Below, one piece after another: positions 46,071 to 56,581 of a stretch of DNA of 64,000 bases. Numbering within the stretch: position 1 is the stretch's first letter; every line of letters begins with the position of its first letter. Under the pieces are notes generated by a model. That model searched no databases. It was given only the letters and a program-made list of their open reading frames with translations, and was not told where the DNA came from. The DNA lies in contig CANGWH010000004.1 in assembly GCA_947457565.1 (NCBI GenBank), forward strand, positions 149-64,148. The letters run 5' to 3'. Source of the DNA: Flavobacteriales bacterium (GTDB lineage: Bacteria > Bacteroidota > Bacteroidia > NS11-12g > UBA955). Position numbers and translations under genes: made by a program.

Positions 46071-49046
46071 ATGAAAACCAATAAAACAACCTTAATTTTT
46101 TCCATTGTATTGGCTGTGGCGTGTTTGTTCCAGTTGTCTTTCACTTGGAAATCACAGCAATTCGAGAAGTCTGCCAAAGAATTTGCAAAGAAAATGGCGA
46201 CTAAGGGAATGTCTGAAAAAGAAGCCTACAATCGTTACATAGACAGTTTAGGTAATTCCGAGATATACAGCATGGGAATTGCTGGCTTTAATTATTATGA
46301 GTGTAAGAAGAAGGAGATTAACTTAGGTCTTGACTTGCGCGGTGGTATTAACGTAATCCTTGAAGTAGATAAAGGTGCTGTAGTAAAGGTACTATCCAAC
46401 GACGGCCAAGACAAAGATTTAACCAAAGCAATTGAGTTGGCGAATATGGATGTAAGAGATAAAGGTCTTGACTTTGTGGATGCCTTTGTAGCGAACTTTA
46501 AAACCATAGCACCAAATCGTAAATTGGCTAATTTGTTTGCTAAAGGTAATAAAGGTGTAATACAAGCTAATTCTAGTGAAGATCAGGTAGTCAACTATAT
46601 CCGTGAAGAGACAAACAATGCAGTTAACTTGGTATACGAAGTAGTAGAAAAGCGTATTAACCAATCCAACGTTACACAACCAACCATCAATATAACAGAC
46701 AATGGCAGAATCAGTGTTGAATTGCCAGGGGTTGATAATCCTCGTCGTATGGAAGAGTTGGTTGAGAAAAGTGCAAAATTGGAATTTTTTGAAGTTTACG
46801 GAAATGATGGTAAAAGAAACGATGGCAAACGAGTTTATGACGCTTTAGTTAGAGCCGCTTCATTACCCGTAAAGAATTCATCCACTAGCATTGATACTTC
46901 TGCTACCGTAGATACAACTTCTACTGCTGCAGCATTGGCGGTTGCCACAAAAGATAGCAGTAAGACATCGGCTAAAGCAGCAGCTCCGGTTTCAAATTCC
47001 TTGTCTAAAATCATGACTCCTTTTGGTGCCAATGGATTGGGATCTTCTGTTGCCGTTGTAAAAAAATCAAACCGTGCTCTGTTGGAGAAAATGTTATCCA
47101 ATGATGCTCGATTAATTGATGTATTAACCAGTGAAAATGCGAGAGTTGCATTTAGTGCTAAGCCTCGTGATTTTAATGCAAACGGTTCAGAAGCCGTGAA
47201 CTCTGATGAGTATTTTGTTTATTTCTTAAAATTAGATCGCGATGGGAAAGCTGCCTTGGCTTCAGAAGAGGAGAATATCATTGAAGATGCTCGTGTAAAT
47301 ACTTCCCAAAAAGGTGAATTAGAGGTTTCAATGATGATGAATAGTGAAGCTGCCACTCGTTGGGCACAAATCACAGCTGCAAACGTCGGAAAATATATCG
47401 CCATCGTTCTTGACAACCGTGTTTATAGCGCACCGGTAGTAAATGGAAAAATCCCAGGAGGACAGAGCAACATTACTGGGAACTTTGAGATTCGGGAAGC
47501 GAATGACTTAGCCAATGTGTTGAAAGCGGGTAAATTACCAGCTCCTGCGAGAATTGTTTCTAGCAATCAGGTTGGAGCTTCGTTAGGGGAAGATGCGCAG
47601 AAGGCTGGTTTATGGTCACTAATTGCAGGTTTTATAACTACTATTTTATTTATGGTGTTGTATTACAACAGAGCGGGTTGGTTGGCTATTGTAGCAGTTT
47701 TGGGTAACGTATTGTTAATTTTCGGGACTTTATCTAGCTTGGGTGCGGCATTAACACTTCCTGGTATTGCCGGTATCATTTTAACAGTAGGTATGGCGGT
47801 AGATGCTAACGTATTGATTTACGAACGTATCAAAGATGAACTTGCATTAGGGAAAAGTATGAAGTCTGCTATTGATGCAGGTTTCAAACATGCTTTGGGT
47901 GCCATTTTGGATTCGAATATTACTACTCTGTTGGCAGGTTTCATATTAACGTTTGCCGGTGCAGGCCCAACTTATGGATTCGCTGTAATTCTAGTTATTG
48001 GTATATTTAGTTCAATGTATACAGCCTTGTTTATTACTCGTTTATTATTAGATAGAAGAGCTGAAAAAGGATTGGAAACGAAATTTGGATTTGATTGGAA
48101 TAAGAATTTCTTGAAAGGGAAAAGTATTGATTTCATAAGTAAGCGTAAGGTGTATTATTGGTTAACCTCACCAATATTAATTTTAGGTATTATTATGTTC
48201 GTTAAACATGGTGGTATCAGCACAGGTATAGACTTTAAAGGAGGTAATTCTTTTGTAATTAAGTTTGATAAGACTCAAAACTATAAGGTAGATCAAATCA
48301 AAACTACGTTGGATGAATCGTTAAAAGGTAGCAGCAACGAGGTTAAAACCTATGGGGAAGAAGGTCAGTTTAGAATTGTAACTACTTATAAATTGTCGTC
48401 TGAAACTAAGGCGGGTAGAGATTCCGTTAAAACCGATGTGTTAACGGCTTTGAAAGGCTTTAAAATGGAAGGTGATGACCCAGTAGTGCAAGCGCAACGA
48501 GTAGGAGCTTCTATTGCTACAAGCACCAGAGATAAAAGCGCATTTTTAGTATTGTTAACGGTTGTAGGTATGTTTATCTATATCGTTTTCCGTTTCCGCA
48601 GCGTAGCTTATGGATTAGGGGCTACTATTGCATTGATTCACGATATTGTATTTGTGTTGGCTGTCTTTGCAATTTTGGATGGAATTGTACCTTTCCCAAT
48701 TGAATTCGACCAGCATTTAATAGCTGCGTTGTTAACGTTGTTGGGTTATTCTATGAATGACACGGTAATTGTATTTGACCGTATTCGGGAATTTTTAGCG
48801 GAAAAGCGTGGCGATATGAACAATCCTGAAACTATCAATAAAGCTATTAATGAGACATTGAGTAGAACCATTATTACCGCCTCAACGGTATTTATGGTTG
48901 TATTGATTTTGTTCTTATTTGGTGGTGATGCGTTGAAAGGATTCTCGTTAGCCATGTTAATTGGTGTAATAGTAGGTACTTATTCTTCTATTTGCATAGC
49001 AACACCTGTGGTTGTTGACTTCACCAATAAAAAGAAACAGAAATAA
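46071..49046 (+). CDS. secDF: Protein translocase subunit SecDF (fused SecD-SecF).
   Basis: 991 aa. An N-terminal TM is followed by a large periplasmic domain and two 6-TM RND-like bundles (GLDLRGG, YNRAGWLAIVA). This is the fusion typical of Bacteroidota. Confidence 0.85.
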   Translation: MKTNKTTLIFSIVLAVACLFQLSFTWKSQQFEKSAKEFAKKMATKGMSEKEAYNRYIDSLGNSEIYSMGIAGFNYYECKKKEINLGLDLRGGINVILEVDKGAVVKVLSNDGQDKDLTKAIELANMDVRDKGLDFVDAFVANFKTIAPNRKLANLFAKGNKGVIQANSSEDQVVNYIREETNNAVNLVYEVVEKRINQSNVTQPTINITDNGRISVELPGVDNPRRMEELVEKSAKLEFFEVYGNDGKRNDGKRVYDALVRAASLPVKNSSTSIDTSATVDTTSTAAALAVATKDSSKTSAKAAAPVSNSLSKIMTPFGANGLGSSVAVVKKSNRALLEKMLSNDARLIDVLTSENARVAFSAKPRDFNANGSEAVNSDEYFVYFLKLDRDGKAALASEEENIIEDARVNTSQKGELEVSMMMNSEAATRWAQITAANVGKYIAIVLDNRVYSAPVVNGKIPGGQSNITGNFEIREANDLANVLKAGKLPAPARIVSSNQVGASLGEDAQKAGLWSLIAGFITTILFMVLYYNRAGWLAIVAVLGNVLLIFGTLSSLGAALTLPGIAGIILTVGMAVDANVLIYERIKDELALGKSMKSAIDAGFKHALGAILDSNITTLLAGFILTFAGAGPTYGFAVILVIGIFSSMYTALFITRLLLDRRAEKGLETKFGFDWNKNFLKGKSIDFISKRKVYYWLTSPILILGIIMFVKHGGISTGIDFKGGNSFVIKFDKTQNYKVDQIKTTLDESLKGSSNEVKTYGEEGQFRIVTTYKLSSETKAGRDSVKTDVLTALKGFKMEGDDPVVQAQRVGASIATSTRDKSAFLVLLTVVGMFIYIVFRFRSVAYGLGATIALIHDIVFVLAVFAILDGIVPFPIEFDQHLIAALLTLLGYSMNDTVIVFDRIREFLAEKRGDMNNPETINKAINETLSRTIITASTVFMVVLILFLFGGDALKGFSLAMLIGVIVGTYSSICIATPVVVDFTNKKKQK

Positions 49047-49071
49047 TTTTTACACTTCGTATAAGCGAAAA

Positions 49072-49101
49072 GCGGAGTGTTTTACACTCCGCTTTTTTTT
49101 T
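49072..49101 (+). terminator. Rho-independent terminator of secDF.
   Basis: gcggagtg(49072-49079) / tttta loop / cactccgc(49085-49092) forms a perfect 8-bp GC-rich stem. It is followed by T9, 26 nt after the secDF stop. Confidence 0.85.
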
Positions 49102-49139
49102 GAAAAAATTACGTTAACAATCCAGCAATAGTTCAATAA

Positions 49140-50366
49140 ATGTCAAAAAAGAATTCTATAACCAAACAACAATTTCAGCAAATAGCCAATGAATTTGGGT
49201 CTCCTGTTTATGTGTACCATGCAGAAACTATTCAACAACAGTATCAGCAGTTAGCCAATGCATTCCCTGGGATAAAGGTTAAATTGCATTATGCCTTAAA
49301 AGCATTGAATAACACAAATATTTTAAGGTTAATTAGAAAAGAGGGTGCTGGTTTAGACGCGGTTTCTATTCAAGAAGTTTACTTAGGATTACGCGCGGGA
49401 TTTGCACCTAAGGAAATTATGTTTACCCCTAACTGCGTGGATTTTGAGGAAATTCAAGAGGCTGTTGATTTAGGGGTTCATATTAATATCGATAATATTT
49501 CTGTATTGGAGCGATTTGGAGCACAATACGGTTCAACGGTACCCGTTTGTATTCGGTTGAACCCGCATATTATGGCCGGTGGACATTCCCATATTTCTGT
49601 TGGACATATTGATTCTAAATTTGGTATTAGTATTTATCAATTAAGGCATGTAGTTCGTGTAGTGGAAAGTTTAAAAATTGTGGTTAACGGATTGCATATG
49701 CACACGGGTAGTGATATATTGGATGGAGATGTGTTTTTGCGAGGTGCTGAATTATTGTTTGAAGCAGCGGAACATTTTACACAACTGGAATTTATGGATT
49801 TTGGTTCTGGATTTAAGGTTGCTTATAAAGCCGGTGATATTACCACGGATATTAATGAAATTGGAAAGAAAATCGCAGTCGCATTTAAGGAGTTTTGTCA
49901 GCGTTATGGCAGAGAGTTAGAATTATGGTTTGAGCCAGGAAAATTTATTGTAAGTGAGGCAGGTTCTTTATTGGTGAAAGCAAACGTTATTAAACAAACT
50001 ACGTCTACTGTTTTTGTAGGTGTGAATAGTGGGCAGAATCACTTAATCAGACCGATGTTCTACGATGCCTATCATCATATTGAAAATGTGAGTAATCCTG
50101 ACGGAATAGAGCGTTTATATAGTGTTGTTGGTTATATATGTGAAACGGATACATTGGGTTATGATCGTAAACTGAATGAGGTTCGGGAAGGCGATATTCT
50201 TCGGATTGCTAATGCGGGGGCTTATGGCATTACAATGAGCAATAATTATAATGCGCGTCTACGACCTGCAGAGGTGATGGTGTATAAAGGCAAAGCACAC
50301 CTCATTAGAAAACGGGAGACATTGGATGATTTGATTCAGAATGAGGTTGAATTAGAATCATTATAG
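49140..50366 (+). CDS. lysA: Diaminopimelate decarboxylase LysA.
   Basis: 408 aa fold-type III PLP decarboxylase. Motifs include HYALKA (PLP lysine), GxHxHxGS (LHMHTGSD) and EPGxxxV. Confidence 0.8.
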   Translation: MSKKNSITKQQFQQIANEFGSPVYVYHAETIQQQYQQLANAFPGIKVKLHYALKALNNTNILRLIRKEGAGLDAVSIQEVYLGLRAGFAPKEIMFTPNCVDFEEIQEAVDLGVHINIDNISVLERFGAQYGSTVPVCIRLNPHIMAGGHSHISVGHIDSKFGISIYQLRHVVRVVESLKIVVNGLHMHTGSDILDGDVFLRGAELLFEAAEHFTQLEFMDFGSGFKVAYKAGDITTDINEIGKKIAVAFKEFCQRYGRELELWFEPGKFIVSEAGSLLVKANVIKQTTSTVFVGVNSGQNHLIRPMFYDAYHHIENVSNPDGIERLYSVVGYICETDTLGYDRKLNEVREGDILRIANAGAYGITMSNNYNARLRPAEVMVYKGKAHLIRKRETLDDLIQNEVELESL

Positions 50367-50417
50367 AGGAACTAATAACAGCGTTATTTTCATTGGATTC
50401 CCTCAAAATTTTAAATT

Positions 50418-50445
50418 AAAAAGGCAACTCGTAGGTCGCCTTTTT
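50418..50445. terminator. Candidate bidirectional terminator between convergent lysA and the SusCD-locus tail gene.
   Basis: aaaaaggc(50418-50425) ... gccttttt(50438-50445) forms an inverted repeat with a 12-nt loop. An A-run precedes it and a T-run follows it, so it reads as a hairpin plus U-tract on either strand. Confidence 0.5.
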
Positions 50446-50511
50446 AATTCATCCTAAAACTATACGAAGGCAAAAATCAAACCGTGGAGGTTGATTTAAG
50501 CGTGCGTACGA

Positions 50512-51420
50512 TTATTCACAATTTGTATTTAACCAATATTCGTAAAATCCACCGAATTGAGCCGATAGATTAGGTCCATCCACCATATCGTTTTGGTTAA
50601 TAACTTTTTTCCGCACTATTCTTATTTGAAGTGATAGTATTTTCGCGTTAGTGGGGTTGTATGGGGCGAAAAATTTATTTGGGATAATACTAAAACGGAA
50701 CTTCCCATTGCCTAAATTTTTCATGGCTAATTGATCGAAATTTCCAGTAGTTTTCTCGTTAGTTGCTATAGTAATGAAACTATTAGCACCGGTTCTTGCT
50801 TTAATGAAAACATAAAAATCCTCTTTGTTTTTTAAAGAGTCTTTGTCTTCAATATTTCGATCATAAAGAATCGTGAATACGTCATTACCGCTGATACTTA
50901 AGGTGTCTTTGGTTTTGCGCGATGGAAAACAAGAAACCTTTTCAGGTCCACTTACGGGCGCTACCAAATCAATTTTCAAATCTTCCGTCTTACATTCACT
51001 GCCATTAGCACCGGCAGCGCCATCCTTGAATTTTACCAATAACGAAATATCTTTTGCATATAAATCTCCGGCAGATACTTCGTAAAATTGTGTAGGTACC
51101 ATTCGGTAATAATATACATCATCACCGAAATGAATTAATTTGAGCGCATCATTACTCTCATTCCATTTACCGTTATGCAGTGGATGTCCTAGAGGATGTT
51201 CTTTGGGCATCCAAGTCCACATATAAACAGGTTGAGTGGCTCCGAGCATATTCGCAGCACCTGCAAATTCGCACTTTTTTAAATCTACCCAAATTGTAAT
51301 AGAATCGTTGGGATTGATAGGGTCAGGAGTAGCCCATACTTTTTGGGCATTCGCTGTATTAATGAGCGTTGTTGTTATCAACAAACTAAATAAACCAGTA
51401 ACTAATTTTGTAATTTTCAT
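50512..51420 (-). CDS. Secreted hypothetical protein, last gene of the SusCD locus (possible SusE/SusF-like surface glycan-binding protein).
   Basis: 302 aa with a signal peptide (LITTTLINTANAQ). It has no recognisable catalytic motif. It sits 8 bp downstream of the preceding lipoprotein gene. Confidence 0.4.
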   Translation of the reverse strand: MKITKLVTGLFSLLITTTLINTANAQKVWATPDPINPNDSITIWVDLKKCEFAGAANMLGATQPVYMWTWMPKEHPLGHPLHNGKWNESNDALKLIHFGDDVYYYRMVPTQFYEVSAGDLYAKDISLLVKFKDGAAGANGSECKTEDLKIDLVAPVSGPEKVSCFPSRKTKDTLSISGNDVFTILYDRNIEDKDSLKNKEDFYVFIKARTGANSFITIATNEKTTGNFDQLAMKNLGNGKFRFSIIPNKFFAPYNPTNAKILSLQIRIVRKKVINQNDMVDGPNLSAQFGGFYEYWLNTNCE

Positions 51421-51427
51421 GAGAGTA

Positions 51428-51937
51428 TTATTTGCGCATGAACCATAAATGATAACTAACCGTGCGTTTTCCGCCGCAGAATTTATTGAATTTTAAGATT
51501 AAATTAGGATCACGTGGCCTTACCGATTTTAATAAGGCTATGGTTGATTCTTCCGGTAATCCTTTTTCAAATATAATTGCGCTGGGATATTCTGGATTAT
51601 TGAATTCCCATTTGCCCGTTTGTTTAGGAAAGAGAAGACTGCCAGAACCCGCATTTAATGTAAAATCACCACCAGTAGTAAATTGTATTTCTAGTGGATT
51701 GCCATCGATATAAACCTCACTTACATCAAGCAGTGTATCACTCTCTACGAAGGCAATTTGTTTGTTAACGTCGATTTGATCAACTCTGTATAAGACCCAT
51801 GCTGTGTTTGTAAGACCTTCTGTCTGACTTTGAGCCGGCTCAAGTATTTTTTTCTCGGGTTTACAGCTTTGTAAGGCGGATACCATCGCCGCGCTCACAC
51901 AGAGTATGATTGATTTTGAGGTTTTCATTAGTTGCAT
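51428..51937 (-). CDS. Small lipoprotein of unknown function in the SusCD locus.
   Basis: 169 aa with lipobox ALQSCK. Its start overlaps the susD stop by 10 bp. Confidence 0.45.
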   Translation of the reverse strand: MQLMKTSKSIILCVSAAMVSALQSCKPEKKILEPAQSQTEGLTNTAWVLYRVDQIDVNKQIAFVESDTLLDVSEVYIDGNPLEIQFTTGGDFTLNAGSGSLLFPKQTGKWEFNNPEYPSAIIFEKGLPEESTIALLKSVRPRDPNLILKFNKFCGGKRTVSYHLWFMRK

Positions 51938-53304
51938 CCTCCTGTTGGATTAATTTCAAATATGGATGTTTGTTCAGTAATTGGAAATTGGAGCATAAAT
52001 CCTGGGCAATTCCATTCATGACCGCGGACAAACATCTGCTCGCCTTCAATTGCGCCTAAACGTTTAATTTCGTTGGTTCTGTCTCCTTGGAATAGTAGTT
52101 CAATTCTTCGTTGATAACGAGTTTCAGCAATAATATCAGTAGCCGAAGAACTTACAGCAAGTTTTCTGGTATCATTGGTATATGCACGATTGATAATCGC
52201 GTTTATATCATCAATCGCTTTAGTAAGATCATTACCAGTTTTAGCCAATGATTCTGCACGAATCAAATGCATTTGGGTTAAATGCAACAAAGGAACATCA
52301 AAAAATGGTGCATTAAACGCTTCTGTTTTGATAAATTCATTGGCGGCCCCAGCATTTACTTTTGTTAGTAGTTGCTGACGCAAATCACTCGTGTCGGCAA
52401 TAGTACTATAAAAGGCTTTATCCATCTGACAGGTTGGGTTTCCGGGGGAGTAATTATCACTGTAACCACCACTGCGCTTATCACTAGCGCTTGTGCTAAT
52501 AATTGCAAAAATATACTCAGTAGAAGCCTTGGGAGTGAATAAATTCACCGTATCCGACAACTGGTATTTTCCGCTTTCAATAACTTCGGTCGCAGATGCC
52601 GCTGCATTACCATATTGACCCATTTGGAAATAAACATGGGCCAACAATGCTTTCGCTGCATAGCGATTGGCATAATTGCCATTTTCGGCGGGTAACAGTT
52701 GCTGCGCATCGTTTAAATCAGACAAAATAGCATCGTATGCCTCTTTTACCGTTTTTCTCGCTTGCGATTTAGTGGAAGCGGTGGTAACAATGGCTATACC
52801 TGGATGAGAATTATCAGGAGTGTAACCAAAAGGATGAGCGTAAAGTCGTACAGCTTGAAAGTGGGAGAGGGCTCGTAAAAATTTAATCTCACCGGTAAAT
52901 CGGTTTTTCTCTTCCTCTGTTAAGGAGACTTTATCCATATTGTCTTGGACAAAATTGGCTCTAAATATAATCCGATATAAATTACCATAATGACCGCCCG
53001 AAGTAGAGTTAAAAAACAAGACGTTATGGGTGTAAACTTCCCGTAAATCATTGTTGTTGGGAAGGGACAAATTATCCGACATCATTTCGCTCATCATCTG
53101 AGAGAATCCGCCAAACGTATTCGCCATTTCGTTGTAACTACTATTAAGCAATCGCTGTAAATCGTCAGAAGTTTTAATTGCACTATCGGCTACTAATTCG
53201 TTGGGTGGCGGTGTTTCTATCCACTTATCGCATCCTGTAAAAGTTATGGTCGATATGGCTATTATACCCGAAAGGAAAACTGTTTTCATGGTTGAGTTTT
53301 TCAT
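51928..53304 (-). CDS. susD: RagB/SusD-family nutrient-binding outer-membrane lipoprotein.
   Basis: 458 aa with lipobox FTGCD. The TPR-like SusD body is present (...RAESLAKTGNDLTKAIDDINAIINRA...). It lies directly downstream of susC. Confidence 0.8.
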   Translation of the reverse strand: MKNSTMKTVFLSGIIAISTITFTGCDKWIETPPPNELVADSAIKTSDDLQRLLNSSYNEMANTFGGFSQMMSEMMSDNLSLPNNNDLREVYTHNVLFFNSTSGGHYGNLYRIIFRANFVQDNMDKVSLTEEEKNRFTGEIKFLRALSHFQAVRLYAHPFGYTPDNSHPGIAIVTTASTKSQARKTVKEAYDAILSDLNDAQQLLPAENGNYANRYAAKALLAHVYFQMGQYGNAAASATEVIESGKYQLSDTVNLFTPKASTEYIFAIISTSASDKRSGGYSDNYSPGNPTCQMDKAFYSTIADTSDLRQQLLTKVNAGAANEFIKTEAFNAPFFDVPLLHLTQMHLIRAESLAKTGNDLTKAIDDINAIINRAYTNDTRKLAVSSSATDIIAETRYQRRIELLFQGDRTNEIKRLGAIEGEQMFVRGHEWNCPGFMLQFPITEQTSIFEINPTGGCN

Positions 53305-53322
53305 CGTTTTTATGCGTTACAG

Positions 53323-56300
53323 TTAAAAACTTAGATTAAATTGAAGGCTTACACTCTTTTCCTGAGGTGTGGTTAGGTAGGTGATACTACCACTCATATT
53401 TCTGTCAGTAGCATTCTCAAAATCCCGAGCTATTTCTGGATCTATGCCGGTGTAGCGAGTCCATGTTAGTAAATTAGTTCCTACAAGCATAACTCGTGCA
53501 GCATCGAATTTACTTTGCTTTAACCACTTTGCAGGTAATTTATACGATAAGCTAATGGTTCTCAATCGGATATACGATCCGTCTTGCAACCACATATCTG
53601 TATTTATCCAGGGTGTGGTAGATCCATGGTTGAAGGTGTTCAATGTCATCAATGGATAAATGGCATTATTATCTTCAGGTCCATTCCAACGATCAATAAC
53701 TCGGCGATCCATATTCCAGTCTGTCATCAACGAAACCTGACGTTTCAATGAACTTTCGTAGATATTGCCTCCCCAGTTGAAATATACATTTGCGTTTAAC
53801 TCCCAACTTTTATAAGTGATGGTGTTGCCTAAATTACCAAATGCTTTTGGAAGTACATTCCCAACAGCCACTCGGTTTGCTGGATCCCATTTGGTGGTTT
53901 CTTTGCCGTTAATATCCAAGTAAATAGGAGCACCCGTAGCTTGGTCGATTCTCGAGAAACGTACTAAGAAGTTTGTACCTACCGGCTCATTTACAACTAC
54001 ACGTGTATCATTGGTACCTCCGGAAATGGCGTCTGGGGTATAAATCCCAATAGAAGTAATTCTATTTTCATTGCGGGCAATATTGAAGTTTGTAGTCCAA
54101 TTGAAATTTTTACTTCTAATATTTATGGTTTTCAATGAGAATTCAATCCCTTTGTTAGTTATCTCACCCACATTATCATAGAAATTGCTAAAACCCGTTG
54201 AAACAGGGATAGCCACATTCATGATTACATCGGAAGTGACCTTGTTGTAATAGGTAATTTCTCCAGAAATTCTGTTTTTTAGGATGCCAAATTCAATACC
54301 TGCATCAAAGTTTGTGGTTGATTCCCAGCGAAGATTTGGATTTTCTAGTCGGGCAGGGGCTAATGTTGGTTGGTTATTGTATCGAGGTAAATTACTAGAC
54401 GGGGTAATTGTGCCCCAACGTGCGTAATTATCAAAGTTTGCATTGCCCGATTTTCCCATACCAGCTCTCAGCTTTAAATAACTTATCCATTTTTGGGATT
54501 TGATAAACGATTCCTCGCTTAAGATGTAGCCAACAGCGGCAGCTGGAAAAAACCCATAGCGGTTATTTCTGCCGAAACGAGAACTACCATCCCATCTACT
54601 GGTCACTTGAAAGTTTAATTTGTTGTTAAAGCTGTAGTTAAATCGACCGAAATAACTGATAAATGCCCACTCGTATGGGGTTCTACCGAATTGAACAGCC
54701 GTAGCTTGCCTTGTACTATCAGTAATGAAAGCGGTTGGATCTATAGGGCTCTTGTCTATCGAAGCTGTAGCATCAAAATTTTCAACGTACTTACCTCGGC
54801 TAACACTGCTTTGGAATTCGTGTCCAATCATTGCACCAATAGTATGTTTATCCGATAGCTCTTTGTTATATTGTAAAGTAGTGTAATAGTTTGCATTCCG
54901 CGTCCAAGTAGGGAACCATTTAGCATTTCCTTGTTGAACATAGTTGTTGTTATAATATTTAATGAGTTGTGCAGGTTCGTACAAATGCTCATTATAATCC
55001 ATGTAATCATAGCTTCCGCTTGCGTTCCATACCAATCCTTTGGCTACATCCACACTCAAGGAAGCATTGTTAATGGTACGAATCTCAACGGACCTCCAGT
55101 TTTTTAGATCGCGGATGGTATGCAAACCAACTGGTGTTATGTATCCTTTTGATGCACTATCGTATAACGGTTCTAGAGGATAAATGGGCAACATCCAACT
55201 CATTGCGCTACCCAATCCACCTGACCAAGAAGCATCAACACGATTATTGGTACCTTGACTCAAAGAATGCGATAACTGAAGGTTTACGCCTTTCATAGGT
55301 TTGATATCCATGTTTACTCGCTCTGAAATACGTTTATAGCTATTGCCAATGATGAAACTACCGTTGTCGTCATAGGAGAGAATGCCTTTCAATGCAAAGC
55401 CTTTACCTACGTAATTTCCTGAAATATTATAGTTCTGTTTGAATCCTGTTCCGATTACTTGATCCACCCAATTGGTATTCACATTTTGGGCTTGATCCCA
55501 AGACATTCGCACTCCAACCAAGGAAAGGTCCGGTTTACCGGTTCTCCCATCATTTTGCCAAGCCTCTTGGTACAATTGTAACCACTCTGGTCCGGTTAGC
55601 ATGTCTGGTTTTCTAGTGGGATTGGAATTTCCCCAACGCGCACTTACATCAAACTTTAATCCTTTTTTACGTGCTCTTTTGGTTGTTATTAAAATTACCC
55701 CATTGGCACCGCGTGAACCATAAATACTAGTAGCGGCTGCATCCTTAAGGATCTCAATATTTTCGATGTCATCGGGGTTGATGCTGGCTAATGGGTTATT
55801 ATTAAATGCTCCGCCGAAATTAGAACCGTTTGCACGATTCATGAAATAATCTTGGGTAACTGGAATGCCGTCAATAACATACAGTGGGTCCCCTGCCGCA
55901 GAAATACTACTGGCGCCTCGTATTCTAATCAATGAAGCGCTACCCGCCATACCACTTCCTACAATAACCTGAACCCCACTTGCTTTTCCTTGCAAGGCTG
56001 CCTCGAAACTTGGTGCAGGCATGTCTGTAATGTCTTTTCCAGACACAGTAGATATTGACCCAACAACATTTCTTCGATTTTGTCTACCATATCCCACAAT
56101 TACGATATCATCCATCTGGGTAATCCCCGATTGAAGCGAAATATTAACAGTGGTGGTATTGTTCGCAGGAATTGAAACTTTGGTAAGTCCGTCTTCCATT
56201 TGATCTTTAGAGAAAATCACAGAATATTGTCCAACAGGAACTTCATCAAAACGATACCAACCTTCGATGTTAGTAGTAGTTTTGAAATTCGTTCCATAAA

Positions 56301-56502
56301 TTTCTACAGTTACCCCCGATAAAGGCTTCTTGGTTGAAGCATCGGTAACTAAACCGCGCACGTTGCCCGTAGGCGGCACAGGCGCAGGTTCTCCAACTTG
56401 TGCGGTGGCCAGATTTGCTAACATTATTGTTAAAGCAAATACAAGCACTCGCATCGTCTTACGGTATAAAAACAACATAGGCAATAATAATTTGGCTAGC
56501 AA
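53323..56502 (-). CDS. susC: SusC/RagA-family TonB-linked outer-membrane transporter.
   Basis: 1059 aa. A CarboxypepD_reg domain (GLVTDASTKKPLSGVTVEIYGTNFKTTTNIEGWYRF) is followed by a TonB plug (DIVIVGYGRQNRRNVVGSISTV) and a C-terminal barrel ending LQFNLSF. The true start may be the internal MRVLVFALTIMLANLATAQ. Confidence 0.85.
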   Translation of the reverse strand: MLAKLLLPMLFLYRKTMRVLVFALTIMLANLATAQVGEPAPVPPTGNVRGLVTDASTKKPLSGVTVEIYGTNFKTTTNIEGWYRFDEVPVGQYSVIFSKDQMEDGLTKVSIPANNTTTVNISLQSGITQMDDIVIVGYGRQNRRNVVGSISTVSGKDITDMPAPSFEAALQGKASGVQVIVGSGMAGSASLIRIRGASSISAAGDPLYVIDGIPVTQDYFMNRANGSNFGGAFNNNPLASINPDDIENIEILKDAAATSIYGSRGANGVILITTKRARKKGLKFDVSARWGNSNPTRKPDMLTGPEWLQLYQEAWQNDGRTGKPDLSLVGVRMSWDQAQNVNTNWVDQVIGTGFKQNYNISGNYVGKGFALKGILSYDDNGSFIIGNSYKRISERVNMDIKPMKGVNLQLSHSLSQGTNNRVDASWSGGLGSAMSWMLPIYPLEPLYDSASKGYITPVGLHTIRDLKNWRSVEIRTINNASLSVDVAKGLVWNASGSYDYMDYNEHLYEPAQLIKYYNNNYVQQGNAKWFPTWTRNANYYTTLQYNKELSDKHTIGAMIGHEFQSSVSRGKYVENFDATASIDKSPIDPTAFITDSTRQATAVQFGRTPYEWAFISYFGRFNYSFNNKLNFQVTSRWDGSSRFGRNNRYGFFPAAAVGYILSEESFIKSQKWISYLKLRAGMGKSGNANFDNYARWGTITPSSNLPRYNNQPTLAPARLENPNLRWESTTNFDAGIEFGILKNRISGEITYYNKVTSDVIMNVAIPVSTGFSNFYDNVGEITNKGIEFSLKTINIRSKNFNWTTNFNIARNENRITSIGIYTPDAISGGTNDTRVVVNEPVGTNFLVRFSRIDQATGAPIYLDINGKETTKWDPANRVAVGNVLPKAFGNLGNTITYKSWELNANVYFNWGGNIYESSLKRQVSLMTDWNMDRRVIDRWNGPEDNNAIYPLMTLNTFNHGSTTPWINTDMWLQDGSYIRLRTISLSYKLPAKWLKQSKFDAARVMLVGTNLLTWTRYTGIDPEIARDFENATDRNMSGSITYLTTPQEKSVSLQFNLSF

Positions 56503-56581
56503 TATAAAGAAAATTTAAACAAGTGTCAAAATAACAATAACTAAAAAGTGTTAAAATGACGTTTTAAGTGTTTAAACCTAT